Of a stretch of 27,181 nt of DNA, positions 8,916-18,300 are shown piece after piece (position 1 is the stretch's first letter; every line of letters begins with the position of its first letter). The stretch is from Candidatus Pacearchaeota archaeon (lineage in GTDB: Archaea > Nanobdellota > Nanobdellia > Pacearchaeales > GW2011-AR1): assembly GCA_018304175.1 (NCBI GenBank), contig JAGVWT010000013.1, positions 1-27,181 of the forward strand. Reading direction: 5' to 3'. Below the pieces are notes generated by a model. It was not told where the DNA came from. It saw nothing but the letters and a program-made list of their open reading frames with translations, and did no database searches. A program made the position numbers and the translations under genes.

Positions 8916-11045
8916 TTAGAAATCACTCGGCTTGACTTTTATACTGCAGACATCAGGATTTGGCTGGTTTCCGAATTCGTCCTGACACTTCACATGAAGT
9001 ATGTTTGAAGGATTCCACTGCGTGAAATGATTTACTTCTCCTATTGTATTCATTTCTGTTCCTTCCTCAAACAAGTAGTTGCAGCTGAATGTTGAGTAAA
9101 CACAGCTCGCGGTTTCGCTTGTAATTAATTTCAAAAAGTTGTCTTCTTTATATGCTCTTACAATGATTGGAGAACTTAAATCTGTTTCAACTTCAAAGTT
9201 TATTGTTTCCACGTCGGTATTACCTCCAAGGTCAGTGCATTTTATGAAATAATCATAACTTCCTGCAACTAAAAACAATTCTTGCTCATGTTGATATGAA
9301 TCAGTTTTGAAGAATTTTATATAACTGTTTTCATTTCCTGTGTTGCTATAATAACATATCGCTTTGCCTTCTTGGTATCCCGCAGATGTTTTAACATTGA
9401 GTTTAACCTTGATGCTTTGTGTTGAATCTTTTATTGTTTCATTATCTGGAGTTATAGAATCAATTACCAACGGCCTTGTTCCCAATATTGAAAATTCATA
9501 CGATTCAGTGTTCATATTTCTCTCATTTTCAGGAGAAGTTGGTTTGTCTTCACATCTGAAATAGAATTTATTTTCAGTTTGACTTTTTATTCCTGTCAAG
9601 GTTGTTGAACATTTGTACAACATTTGTGCATTGTACTCAAATACACTTGTTGCACAACTCATTGTTTCTTCCATTGATTCATAATCGCGATTGTTGTGAC
9701 TCCATTTACATGTTGCCGGTTCGTTCACGTAAACATCAAGGTTCACAGATGTTTTGTTAAATGCAACAGGCATTTTATTTATTAAACTTGTAGCTACAAT
9801 TAAAGGAGGTGTTGTATCAGGTCCCTTATCGACGCAATATTTGAAGACAAATGTTCCTGTGTTTGAGTTTCCGTTTGCATCTTCACATCTTGTGTACAAT
9901 TCAAAATTGCCGTCGTTTTGAAGAGTTATGTTTTCTGAACTCAATGAACTTGGACTTGGGAGACTTAATGCAAAAGTATGATTATATCTCAAAAGTCCTG
10001 AAGACATGAAAATTCCCATTTCTTCAAAAGTATTTTTTCTCAATATATCAACTTTACATTTTGCCGGCTCGTCTAATTTAACACCAAATCTCAACGGAGT
10101 GAATGCGGGAACGCAGCCATCTGATGACAAAGTGTTCAAAACTTTTACACCTCTATCTGGGGGAGATATAGTGTTGTCAGGAGAGTATTTGTAATTATCC
10201 AACAACGCGTCTTCATAAGGTTCTATCGTCGGAGGATTTACATCCTGCCTGTTAACCCAAACACATTTTTCTTCTTGAGTTCCTGCATTAACTATTTGAC
10301 ATGCTTGTCCCAAAGACCTGCATTGATATTCGCTGCATGGAAGATTTCCATCATTACACCTTTCACAATTTGCTCCTCCTGTCGGTGCTTGCCACGGCAA
10401 ACAGGAAAATTCAACTATTTTTGTATCTGTTTTTTTAAATGTTAAAATGAAAACAAGAATCGCAACAGCCAACGCAACTGTGAATATAGAGACAGTGCCC
10501 AAACCCAAAAACCCAAGATCCACACCTGCTTTTGTTACAAAAGAAGGGAAAATTCCTTGCTCAACAAAAGAATTAAGTGCATTATTTACTAACACTCCAA
10601 AAAATGCAGCTTTTGTTGCAGCATCTACAGCGCTTTCATCAACACCTAAAAAAGTTCCAACCGAATAAACTGTAGCAGCAATTGCAGCGGCGTAAAAAAA
10701 ATCATTTACAAGGTACCCATATGATCCTTCAATTCCCAATGCTCCAGCAATTCCTCCGGGTTCTTTAGCAACTGGAGCATCAGTCGTCGGATTTGGCGCA
10801 TTTGCCAATCCCCCCCCAAATGCTAATTCAGGTGATAACTCATTTCTTTGAATACAATCATTATATAATCCAACTTCTAAAGTAAGATCATATATACTAC
10901 AATCATCAGTTCCATTACCGCCAACAAAACCAACATTAAATGTTCCAATTATTGCAGCGAAAGCGAACATTGAAGCAATTACATTTAAAATCAAAAAAAT
11001 TCCTTTAACTCGATTGAATTTTGAAGTTTGTTTTTTTAGTTTCAT
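8916..11045 (-). CDS. Large membrane-anchored surface protein with Cys-rich module and tandem Ig-like beta domains
   Basis: N-terminal TM segments, CERC...CSEYQCRSLGQAC module, repeated linkers (NPPTI, TTPPLI, RPLVI, SSPII) preceding beta-rich units with Cys pairs. Confidence 0.72.
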   Translation of the reverse strand: MKLKKQTSKFNRVKGIFLILNVIASMFAFAAIIGTFNVGFVGGNGTDDCSIYDLTLEVGLYNDCIQRNELSPELAFGGGLANAPNPTTDAPVAKEPGGIAGALGIEGSYGYLVNDFFYAAAIAATVYSVGTFLGVDESAVDAATKAAFFGVLVNNALNSFVEQGIFPSFVTKAGVDLGFLGLGTVSIFTVALAVAILVFILTFKKTDTKIVEFSCLPWQAPTGGANCERCNDGNLPCSEYQCRSLGQACQIVNAGTQEEKCVWVNRQDVNPPTIEPYEDALLDNYKYSPDNTISPPDRGVKVLNTLSSDGCVPAFTPLRFGVKLDEPAKCKVDILRKNTFEEMGIFMSSGLLRYNHTFALSLPSPSSLSSENITLQNDGNFELYTRCEDANGNSNTGTFVFKYCVDKGPDTTPPLIVATSLINKMPVAFNKTSVNLDVYVNEPATCKWSHNNRDYESMEETMSCATSVFEYNAQMLYKCSTTLTGIKSQTENKFYFRCEDKPTSPENERNMNTESYEFSILGTRPLVIDSITPDNETIKDSTQSIKVKLNVKTSAGYQEGKAICYYSNTGNENSYIKFFKTDSYQHEQELFLVAGSYDYFIKCTDLGGNTDVETINFEVETDLSSPIIVRAYKEDNFLKLITSETASCVYSTFSCNYLFEEGTEMNTIGEVNHFTQWNPSNILHVKCQDEFGNQPNPDVCSIKVKPSDF

Positions 11046-11054
11046 TTTTTATTT

Positions 11055-12593
11055 TTAGTCTTGTTTCGTTATCAAATCTTTAATTGTGTAATACCCTTTT
11101 TGCCCGATGTAATTAGTGCTGACTCCACAATCTCCGAGTGCGACGCACATTCTGTTTTGGTCTTCTTTCCATTTGTCTGTAAGGCATTCGCAGTTTTGTT
11201 TACATTCCCAACCTCCAAGTAATCCTTTCTCAAAAACTACAGTGCATTTATTGTCCGCAACAGCGCATAAAGATTCAGCGTCGCTGACTCCTTCTGATGA
11301 TGCCTGCCAGAAATCAAATCCAGGAGCGAATTTTGGAGTGCATTTTCCATCATCTTCATCTTTTGGTTTATCATTTAGTATCCATGAACAGTCTCTTTTG
11401 TCTTCATTCTCACAATCTAATTTTTTTTCCTGTGCTACACAATCCTGCCATTTGTTAACACGGCATGCAGCTGTTCTGAATCCATCTATGTCATCTTGCA
11501 AACAAACGTCCTGCCTGAAATCAGAACATGGTTCAACAGTGACTTCTCCATTGTAACACACATTTCTAAAATATCTGTCTCCTGGAAGATTTTTTCCGTT
11601 CTCACTCGGAATTTCACACCATGTTTCTCCGTGCTTGTATGTTTCTCCTTGATAATCACAGCTTAAGTCTCTGCAAATATAATCTCCGTATCTTGGTTTG
11701 GATGAGTCTAAAGTCCTATCATATGCCTTTCCTGTAGAACCAAGAAAATAATCACAATTTCCACAAACAGCACTTCCGGCATTTCCATTGTTGCTGTTGA
11801 ATCCGCAGCTTTCTGCTTTAGACACAATTTTTTCCCAATAAGTTTGATCATTTTGCCTGTTTGCGTCGTAAATATTTGCTACATTTCCGCAAGTGTCAGC
11901 AAAGAAAACTTCATCCCTTCCTTCAATGATGGTTGTCTTTTCACTTGGTCCGCAGTTTGTCGCCAATTGTCCTGCAGAACACAAAAATCCCTCGTGGAAT
12001 TCAGCATTTGAACTTCCTCCTTGACTACTAATCTGAGTGCATTCACTTTGCGTCGTTAATCTACATGTTCTCTGGAAATCCCTTTCAAAAACACATGCTC
12101 CTTTCGCTCCAGATGTTGCAGTTGCGATGCACTGTGCTTCATTTTTTATGTCTGTCCTGTAATTTGTTTCTAATCCATATAAAGAGGATAATTGTATGCA
12201 TCTTACCTGAGTTGTGAAGGCGGCTTGATCTCCAACTAAACAACAGCCGAGGGAACATTGAGGAATTTCATCTGCTTTTGCATCAAACCATACCCCTCCT
12301 GCAGAATCTCCTTGTGGTTGCTCACAGACTATTTCAGGAGTGTTTTCCATGCAAATTCCTTCTTGATTATTAACGCATGTCCCTAATTTGCAATAAGATG
12401 TTGCCTCGCAACTTGTAGGAACATATCTAAAACTTTGGTCTACCTTGTCCAATAGAACATTCTGACACCACGCACCGTCAATGGTTTTTTCAGCACAGTA
12501 AGTGCTTTGCGTTTGTGCTGAAACAAAATTCACAAAACTAAGAGTAACAAAAAAAATCCCCAACAAAAAAATTGCAAAACTTATTTTCTTCAT
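11055..12593 (-). CDS. Secreted cysteine-rich protein (512 aa)
   Basis: Sec signal peptide; very high Cys density (LGCC, GACV, CxxC-type units) along the whole length. Confidence 0.75.
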   Translation of the reverse strand: MKKISFAIFLLGIFFVTLSFVNFVSAQTQSTYCAEKTIDGAWCQNVLLDKVDQSFRYVPTSCEATSYCKLGTCVNNQEGICMENTPEIVCEQPQGDSAGGVWFDAKADEIPQCSLGCCLVGDQAAFTTQVRCIQLSSLYGLETNYRTDIKNEAQCIATATSGAKGACVFERDFQRTCRLTTQSECTQISSQGGSSNAEFHEGFLCSAGQLATNCGPSEKTTIIEGRDEVFFADTCGNVANIYDANRQNDQTYWEKIVSKAESCGFNSNNGNAGSAVCGNCDYFLGSTGKAYDRTLDSSKPRYGDYICRDLSCDYQGETYKHGETWCEIPSENGKNLPGDRYFRNVCYNGEVTVEPCSDFRQDVCLQDDIDGFRTAACRVNKWQDCVAQEKKLDCENEDKRDCSWILNDKPKDEDDGKCTPKFAPGFDFWQASSEGVSDAESLCAVADNKCTVVFEKGLLGGWECKQNCECLTDKWKEDQNRMCVALGDCGVSTNYIGQKGYYTIKDLITKQD

Positions 12594-12832
12594 TTTTGTC
12601 TCCCATAATCCCAGATTTTCAAATGCTTCCTTTTACCCTTTTTGATATTTTTTCCTTCTCTAATAAAATCATAGCATTTTTCACAAAGAGAGACCTCCAA
12701 AGGATAAATACCTTTAACTACTTCGGCCCATTCTTTATCATTTACTAAGAAAATATTTGGCTGATTAGCACTACATCTTTCACAACTTTCTGGTGCATGT
12801 TCCAGTTCCTGCTTTCCCCTTTTCCTTTCCAT
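12590..12832 (-). CDS. Small putative zinc-binding protein
   Basis: CERC...CEKC pairs in an 80-aa basic ORF; 4-bp overlap with the next gene. Confidence 0.55.
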   Translation of the reverse strand: MERKRGKQELEHAPESCERCSANQPNIFLVNDKEWAEVVKGIYPLEVSLCEKCYDFIREGKNIKKGKRKHLKIWDYGRQK

Positions 12833-12926
12833 ATTAAATTCTCATCATATTTATTTTATTTAACATTTTGATTTTATTATTTCTTTTATTTATTCGTTAA
12901 TGTGTCTTTTGTTAATTTTCATTTTT

Positions 12927-13697
12927 TTAAATTCCCGGTGGGAATGCGACGCTCCTCGAAGCGAACTGGAACTTTTCATTTGTGTCCCTGTTTGTTAATA
13001 TGTAAATAGTGCTTCCGTCATTTTGCTCCAGCTTTTCAACTTTTAAATCGTGATAATAATTCATGTAAATTGTCGTCTCGGAATCTCCATAACGCGCCTC
13101 CATATTCAAGATACTGTTAGCAATGCTCATTAATTCATAAATATTCTTGTTAACTGTCACAACTATTTTCTCATACCTCTCAGAATTTTCCTTAGTCAAT
13201 GTTAAATCGTTTTCAAATGTGACTTCAACTCTTTTAGGTAAAATCTCTGCTGTTGTTTTTCCCCTAACAAGGTTTACATCATATCCTTGGTTTTCAAAAT
13301 CCTCAACTAACGAATTAAAACAAGAATCAGTTTCGTCTTTGATGCTTTCTTTTATTTCTTCTTCGATGTGCTGTTTTAATAATGGCTGTTGCATCGCGCA
13401 TGAAACATAAAATTCGCTCGTGTAACAAAGATAGTCTATTTTATCGTCTTTATACAAAATAAAATTTTCCGGATTCATGCTACCTCCTTGTGAAGAAATA
13501 ATGTCCACATTATTCTCAATTTCATCTTCCATGCAGTTTTGTATGTACAAATTTGGATTATTTGTGCTCACTCCAAAACCAGTGGTTGCTTCTGGGAAAA
13601 TAAAATAGAGTATAACACCTCCAGCGACGATAATTACTGCAAGAATAATAAAAATTGTTATCTGACCAGACTTATTAAAACCACCCTTTTTATTCAT
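12927..13697 (-). CDS. Pilin-like protein with class III signal peptide (256 aa)
   Basis: NKSG|QITIFIILAVIIVAGGVILYF; TATA-like AGAATTTTTAAA upstream on the minus strand. Confidence 0.72.
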   Translation of the reverse strand: MNKKGGFNKSGQITIFIILAVIIVAGGVILYFIFPEATTGFGVSTNNPNLYIQNCMEDEIENNVDIISSQGGSMNPENFILYKDDKIDYLCYTSEFYVSCAMQQPLLKQHIEEEIKESIKDETDSCFNSLVEDFENQGYDVNLVRGKTTAEILPKRVEVTFENDLTLTKENSERYEKIVVTVNKNIYELMSIANSILNMEARYGDSETTIYMNYYHDLKVEKLEQNDGSTIYILTNRDTNEKFQFASRSVAFPPGI

Positions 13698-13767
13698 GAT
13701 AGAATTATGCGATTCTAATTTAAAAATTCTTTGGAATTTTTAAATTAACTAATATCTTATGATTACA

Positions 13768-13851
13768 AACTTCAGCTCGCTCCAAAGTCGCTCGCTTAAA
13801 ATACTTGCTCGTTTCCACTCGCAAATTTGATATAAGTCTGTTAACACAAAC
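13768..13851 (+). repeat. Solo degenerate att/dif-like element with REP-like body
   Basis: AACT + CTCGCTC-rich body + AATTTGATATA-AGTCTG-TTAACACAAAC. The spacer AGTCTG|TTA resembles AGCCTG|TTA at 22833-22841. Confidence 0.4.
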
Positions 13852-13963
13852 CTTGCTTTAACTTGCATTATAATTTTTATGACATTAAGATTAATTACGG
13901 AAATCCTTGTCCGAAGGCAGGATTGGAGTATAGAATAAATGTGAGCAACTTATTGCGAACGTA

Positions 13964-14701
13964 TCAGTCCTCAGTTTCGACCCGTGGAGCGAGTACAAAA
14001 CTTAACTCCATATCTTTATTTTTGAAATAAATTTTCAATGGATGGTCTTCTGAAAATTGCAAGACTGTTTTTTCACACAATTTTGCTCCCTTCATGAACT
14101 TTTGCATGTATTCAAGACTGTATTTTGATTTGCATTCTTTTCCCTGAATTTTTGCCTCATCTCCTGAAAACTCCGACATCGCCGAATTAAGGGATTTGGC
14201 TTCGACAATGAATTTTCCAGTATCAATCATGAATGAGCATGCATCTGAAACAACAGAGCAATCTTCAATTGACGATACCAAGTCAACGGAATTTATTTCA
14301 ACACTTGCTGTAAAATTCATTCTTGATATTTTGTCATCAAAATCAATTTCCTCACTTTCAACTTCTATTAAGTTCAGTGTAAAATTTCTTTTTATTCTGT
14401 CCTGAATTTTTATACTCAAAAGATTTTCTTTCTTTTCCAAAATCAAAGAACTACCGGAACTGCATCTTTTTAGTATTTGCTTTAAATTATCCAAGTTTAT
14501 TCCTAGGACTTCATTACCTGCTTCAAACTGGCTGAAAGATGACTTTGGAATTTTGAAATTAAGCATCGAAATATTCGCGGGATCCATTGCTGTGATGCTC
14601 ATCCCGAATTCACTGATTCTTATCCTGACTTCTGTGACAATCTCAGATAGTATCTCAACGACTTTTGACAGCACACCCGGGTTTTCAAGCTTTACTAGCA
14701 T
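13964..14701 (-). CDS. pcn: DNA polymerase sliding clamp PCNA
   Basis: ITAMDPANISML, SKYSLEYMQKFMK, HPLKI, FVLAPRVE are PCNA signature segments; 245 aa. Confidence 0.96.
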   Translation of the reverse strand: MLVKLENPGVLSKVVEILSEIVTEVRIRISEFGMSITAMDPANISMLNFKIPKSSFSQFEAGNEVLGINLDNLKQILKRCSSGSSLILEKKENLLSIKIQDRIKRNFTLNLIEVESEEIDFDDKISRMNFTASVEINSVDLVSSIEDCSVVSDACSFMIDTGKFIVEAKSLNSAMSEFSGDEAKIQGKECKSKYSLEYMQKFMKGAKLCEKTVLQFSEDHPLKIYFKNKDMELSFVLAPRVETED

Positions 14702-14830
14702 TTTTATATCAAAAAAGCGCTTCTTTTAAGCATTGTTATTCTGGAGTATAGAGAAAATATAAATTTTCTAAACATCGCTTAATCGACCAGTGTAAGGAAA
14801 CTATATAAATATTTTACTTTATTATTTTTT

Positions 14831-16255
14831 ATGGATGTGCGAGAGGAAAAGATAAAAAAAATTACTTCTCTATATTATTCGAGAAGCGACGTGCAGGAAG
14901 CAATTTTCAGCTTTTCAAAAGACAGAGAAATTTCCCCACGGCATTTTGAGGCATTTGGAAAACGCCCTGACTCTCTCCAGTACAAAGGAGATATTTTTGA
15001 ACTTGTGAGAAAAGGGGCGACAAGTTTTCATTGCTCAATTGAATTATGGAAAGACCCGTTAAAATTATCAACAAACTTAACAAGTGAACAGTTGAATGAA
15101 TTAAGGAAAGGGTGGGATTTTTTAATTGACATCGACAGCAAATATCTAGATTACAGCAAAATTCTTACGAAACAAATAATAAAAGTCTTGAATTTTCACG
15201 GTGTGAAAAATTTTGGATTGAAATTCAGCGGTAATAAAGGATTTCATATAATCATCCCATGTAAGGCTTTCCCAAAAGAAATTAATGATGTAAAGACATC
15301 TGACATGTATCCAGAGTGGGCGAGAATAATCTCAAAGTATATTACTGAAAAAACAAAAAAAGAGACAACGAGAAAAATTAATGAATTAAATTATGAAAAT
15401 TCGAAATATGATTCTGTTAAATATATAAAAAGAGAAGGGGGATCTGAAGATATTATGATGAAAGGAGTTGGGAGTGATAAACAAAGATCAGGTAATTTTA
15501 TTACTGATGTTAAGGATAATAAAACCATCTCTCAAAAATTTGAATCTCTCCAGAATAAAGAAGAATCCTGGAATAAGGAAGCTCTTCCTGACATAATTCT
15601 TGTTTCTCCCCGTCACTTATTCAGGATGCCTTATTCTTTACATGAAAAAACAGCTCTCGCCAGCGTCGTGATAAGCCTTGATGAGATTGATGATTTCCAG
15701 CCAAAAGATGCAGATCCACTAAAAGTAAAAACAAGAGAATTCATGCCTGAAGTGGAAGAAGGTGAAGCAACAGAACTTTTGGTTCAGGCTCTCGATTGGA
15801 ATGCTCAGGAAGGAAATATTTTGTCTGTAAGTCAGAAAACTCAAATTAGGGAAGACTTCAAACCTGTAAAAATTACAAACATATCTGAGAATATATTTCC
15901 TCCGACGATTCAGACAATTCTCAAAGGAGTTGCAGACGGAAAAAAAAGGTCGCTGTTTATTTTAACAAATTTATTCCGTTCAATAGGGATGGAAAAAGAT
16001 GAAGTTGAAAAGCAAATAAGCGAATGGAATAAAAAAAATAAGCCACCATTGAAGGATAATTATTTGAAAGCACAACTTTTGTGGTCTTACAGAAATAAAA
16101 TAGTTCCGCCTCCGAATTTTGACAAAGATTATTACAAAGGAATTGGCTTAACGCCAACAGAAGAAGAAATGAGATACAAAAATCCTGTTAATTACATGGT
16201 AAAAAAATCTTTATCATCGACGGCCTCTAAAAAATTTAAAAATAAAAAAAGTTAG
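14831..16255 (+). CDS. priS: Fused DNA primase PriS-PriL (DPANN type)
   Basis: AEP motifs DIDS, FSGNKGFH and RHLFRMPYSLH, then a PriL C-terminal-like domain (FPP..DGKKR..F..WN..N.PPL). TATA GGAAACTATATAAAT upstream. Confidence 0.9.
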   Translation: MDVREEKIKKITSLYYSRSDVQEAIFSFSKDREISPRHFEAFGKRPDSLQYKGDIFELVRKGATSFHCSIELWKDPLKLSTNLTSEQLNELRKGWDFLIDIDSKYLDYSKILTKQIIKVLNFHGVKNFGLKFSGNKGFHIIIPCKAFPKEINDVKTSDMYPEWARIISKYITEKTKKETTRKINELNYENSKYDSVKYIKREGGSEDIMMKGVGSDKQRSGNFITDVKDNKTISQKFESLQNKEESWNKEALPDIILVSPRHLFRMPYSLHEKTALASVVISLDEIDDFQPKDADPLKVKTREFMPEVEEGEATELLVQALDWNAQEGNILSVSQKTQIREDFKPVKITNISENIFPPTIQTILKGVADGKKRSLFILTNLFRSIGMEKDEVEKQISEWNKKNKPPLKDNYLKAQLLWSYRNKIVPPPNFDKDYYKGIGLTPTEEEMRYKNPVNYMVKKSLSSTASKKFKNKKS

Positions 16256-16290
16256 GATAATTTTAAAAACTAGATTGCTTTATCTTTTAT

Positions 16291-18111
16291 ATGAATAAAA
16301 AAGTGGTTTTGTTCGGCTTGATAATGCTGTTTTTTCTGAGTTTTGTTTTAGCCCAAGAGGTTTGTGAGGAAGGGGATGATGATTGCAAAGTTGATAATGC
16401 TTACGCATGTTTAAATGAAAAAATTGATGACAAAACCTGCTCAGGTTTGTCTCCAGAAGAAAAAATTTTTTCCTTTTTGGCTACGGAAAAATGTAAAGCT
16501 GAATTAATTTCTGATTCAAGATTTAAATCAGATTTAAAATATACTTCCCAGGCAGTTTTAGGTTTGAAGGGTAATGATTTATCAGACGCAGAATCATGGC
16601 TTTTGTCACAAAACAGAACTTCAACAGGGCTTGAATGGTTTTTGCAGATTGAAAGTCCAGAGGCAACTTCATGCACTATTACTTATTCAAACTCAAACAC
16701 TTTATCTATCAACGAGGATAAAAAAATAAATTCATTATCTGGAGGTAGTTGTTTTACAATTTCAGATAATGGATATTGGCTCGAGGTAAATCAGCTTTGT
16801 TTTGGCCAAGAATTTGAAATTTCATGCAACCAGCAATTTTTGACAACACTTCTTTACAAAAAACAAGATTCAGATACGATTTACGTTTCTGAATTGACTC
16901 ATTCCTCATCTGCACAAGGAACAACAGCGGAAAAAGTAAATTCTTTTTGTTTCAGGCAAGGAGCCTCCTGCAGTTACGAAGGAAGTTTGTGGGCTGCGCT
17001 TTCTTTGGACTTTTTGGGCAATGATATTTCTGCTTATTTGCCTTACCTTATTGTAACTGCCGAAGATAATCCAGATGTTCTTCCAGAATCATTTTTGTAT
17101 TACCTTACAGGAGAAATTGATTACAAAAACAAATTACTCGGTAAACAGATAAATAGTAAATGGTGGCTTTTTTCAGGCGATAGATATTACGGAACTTCTG
17201 TTGCTTTGTATCCATTTCAGCACGACATTATTTCCCAAAAAACAGATTCAATTGACTGGCTTTTGAATGAAGTGCAAGGAGCAGACGGTTGCTGGGATTC
17301 TGGAAATATAAGAAACACAGCTTTCCTTTTGTATTCAATATGGCCTGATAACGTCGCTGGAAGCATAGGAGATGATTCAGGAACAGGAATAATTGACTGC
17401 GTCGCTTCTGGATATTATTGTGCATCCCAGATAAATTGCAACGGGCAAGTTCTTTCAGATTATTCATGTACAGGAGCTTTTGTTTGTTGTAGCGAACAGC
17501 AGGCATTAAACACATGTTTTAATCAAGGAGGAGAAATCTGTGCTTCAAATCAAGTTTGTGCAGGAATTGGTTCTGCTGAAGTGAGTGCTTCAGATATAAG
17601 TTCAGGACAGATTTGTTGTGTTAACGGATTTTGTCAAGTTCCATCTTCTGATTCCGGTTCAGGTATTACCTCGGCATGTAAATCAACAGGAGGGATATGT
17701 AGAATCAACGGTTGCTTGAGCGGAGAAACAGAAACTTCTGCATCATGTGATTTCAGCAGTGATATATGTTGTGTTTCAGATTCAACTTCAAAACCAGAAT
17801 CAAAATTAAATTATCTTTGGATTTGGATTATTTTGGCGTTGATTATCGTTGTAGTTTTAGGAATAATTTTCAGAAATAAGTTAAGGGCACTTTTATTCAG
17901 GATGAAATCAAAGTCAGGAGGAGATTCAGGAAGCCAATACAATGAAGCAGGATTTAGAAGAGGTCCTCCAGGTTTCCCGCCACTTCAGCCAAGTCAGAGA
18001 AGAATCATTCCAGGACAAGTGCACCATAGACCACCAATAAAAGCACCAAAATCGAGAGCGCAGTCAGAAGTTGATGAAGTCTTGAGAAAGTTGAAAGAAA
18101 TGAGTAAGTGA
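16291..18111 (+). CDS. Type I membrane surface protein: alpha/alpha-toroid-like domain, three six-Cys modules, TM helix, Pro/Arg-rich cytoplasmic tail
   Basis: Signal peptide; WLL..Q.ADGCW QW-like motif; Cys modules at 17398-17772; TM helix YLWIWIILALIIVVVLGIIF; tail ending EVDEVLRKLKEMSK. Confidence 0.75.
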   Translation: MNKKVVLFGLIMLFFLSFVLAQEVCEEGDDDCKVDNAYACLNEKIDDKTCSGLSPEEKIFSFLATEKCKAELISDSRFKSDLKYTSQAVLGLKGNDLSDAESWLLSQNRTSTGLEWFLQIESPEATSCTITYSNSNTLSINEDKKINSLSGGSCFTISDNGYWLEVNQLCFGQEFEISCNQQFLTTLLYKKQDSDTIYVSELTHSSSAQGTTAEKVNSFCFRQGASCSYEGSLWAALSLDFLGNDISAYLPYLIVTAEDNPDVLPESFLYYLTGEIDYKNKLLGKQINSKWWLFSGDRYYGTSVALYPFQHDIISQKTDSIDWLLNEVQGADGCWDSGNIRNTAFLLYSIWPDNVAGSIGDDSGTGIIDCVASGYYCASQINCNGQVLSDYSCTGAFVCCSEQQALNTCFNQGGEICASNQVCAGIGSAEVSASDISSGQICCVNGFCQVPSSDSGSGITSACKSTGGICRINGCLSGETETSASCDFSSDICCVSDSTSKPESKLNYLWIWIILALIIVVVLGIIFRNKLRALLFRMKSKSGGDSGSQYNEAGFRRGPPGFPPLQPSQRRIIPGQVHHRPPIKAPKSRAQSEVDEVLRKLKEMSK

Positions 18112-18212
18112 TTTTTAATATGACATTACTTTTTCTGTGCCTATTTATCTCTATTCACCATCCTCCCCAACCACCACCTTAAAAACCATTAATACTAAAC
18201 CAAACTTTAAAT

Positions 18213-18262
18213 TAACAATTACATCAAATTTCGAGTGAGTTTACGAGCGAGAGTTTTTTCAG
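18213..18262 (-). repeat. Degenerate copy of the dispersed REP/att-like element
   Basis: The minus strand reads AAAAACTCTCGCTCGTAAACTCACTCGAAATTTGATGTAATTGTTAA. It shares ACTCG(C)AAATTTGAT(G/A)TAA..TGTTAA with 13817-13844 and AAAAACTCT(T)CGCTCG with 22861-22876. Confidence 0.45.
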
Positions 18263-18300
18263 AATTTAAGATTAAACAATTAGAAAATGTATGGTTCTAA

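Noticed and set aside
13924-14752. 11-bp direct repeat TGGAGTATAGA flanking the PCNA gene
   Set aside because: Many 11-mer matches are expected by chance in 27 kb of AT-rich DNA; no other mobility signal, and PCNA is a core gene.
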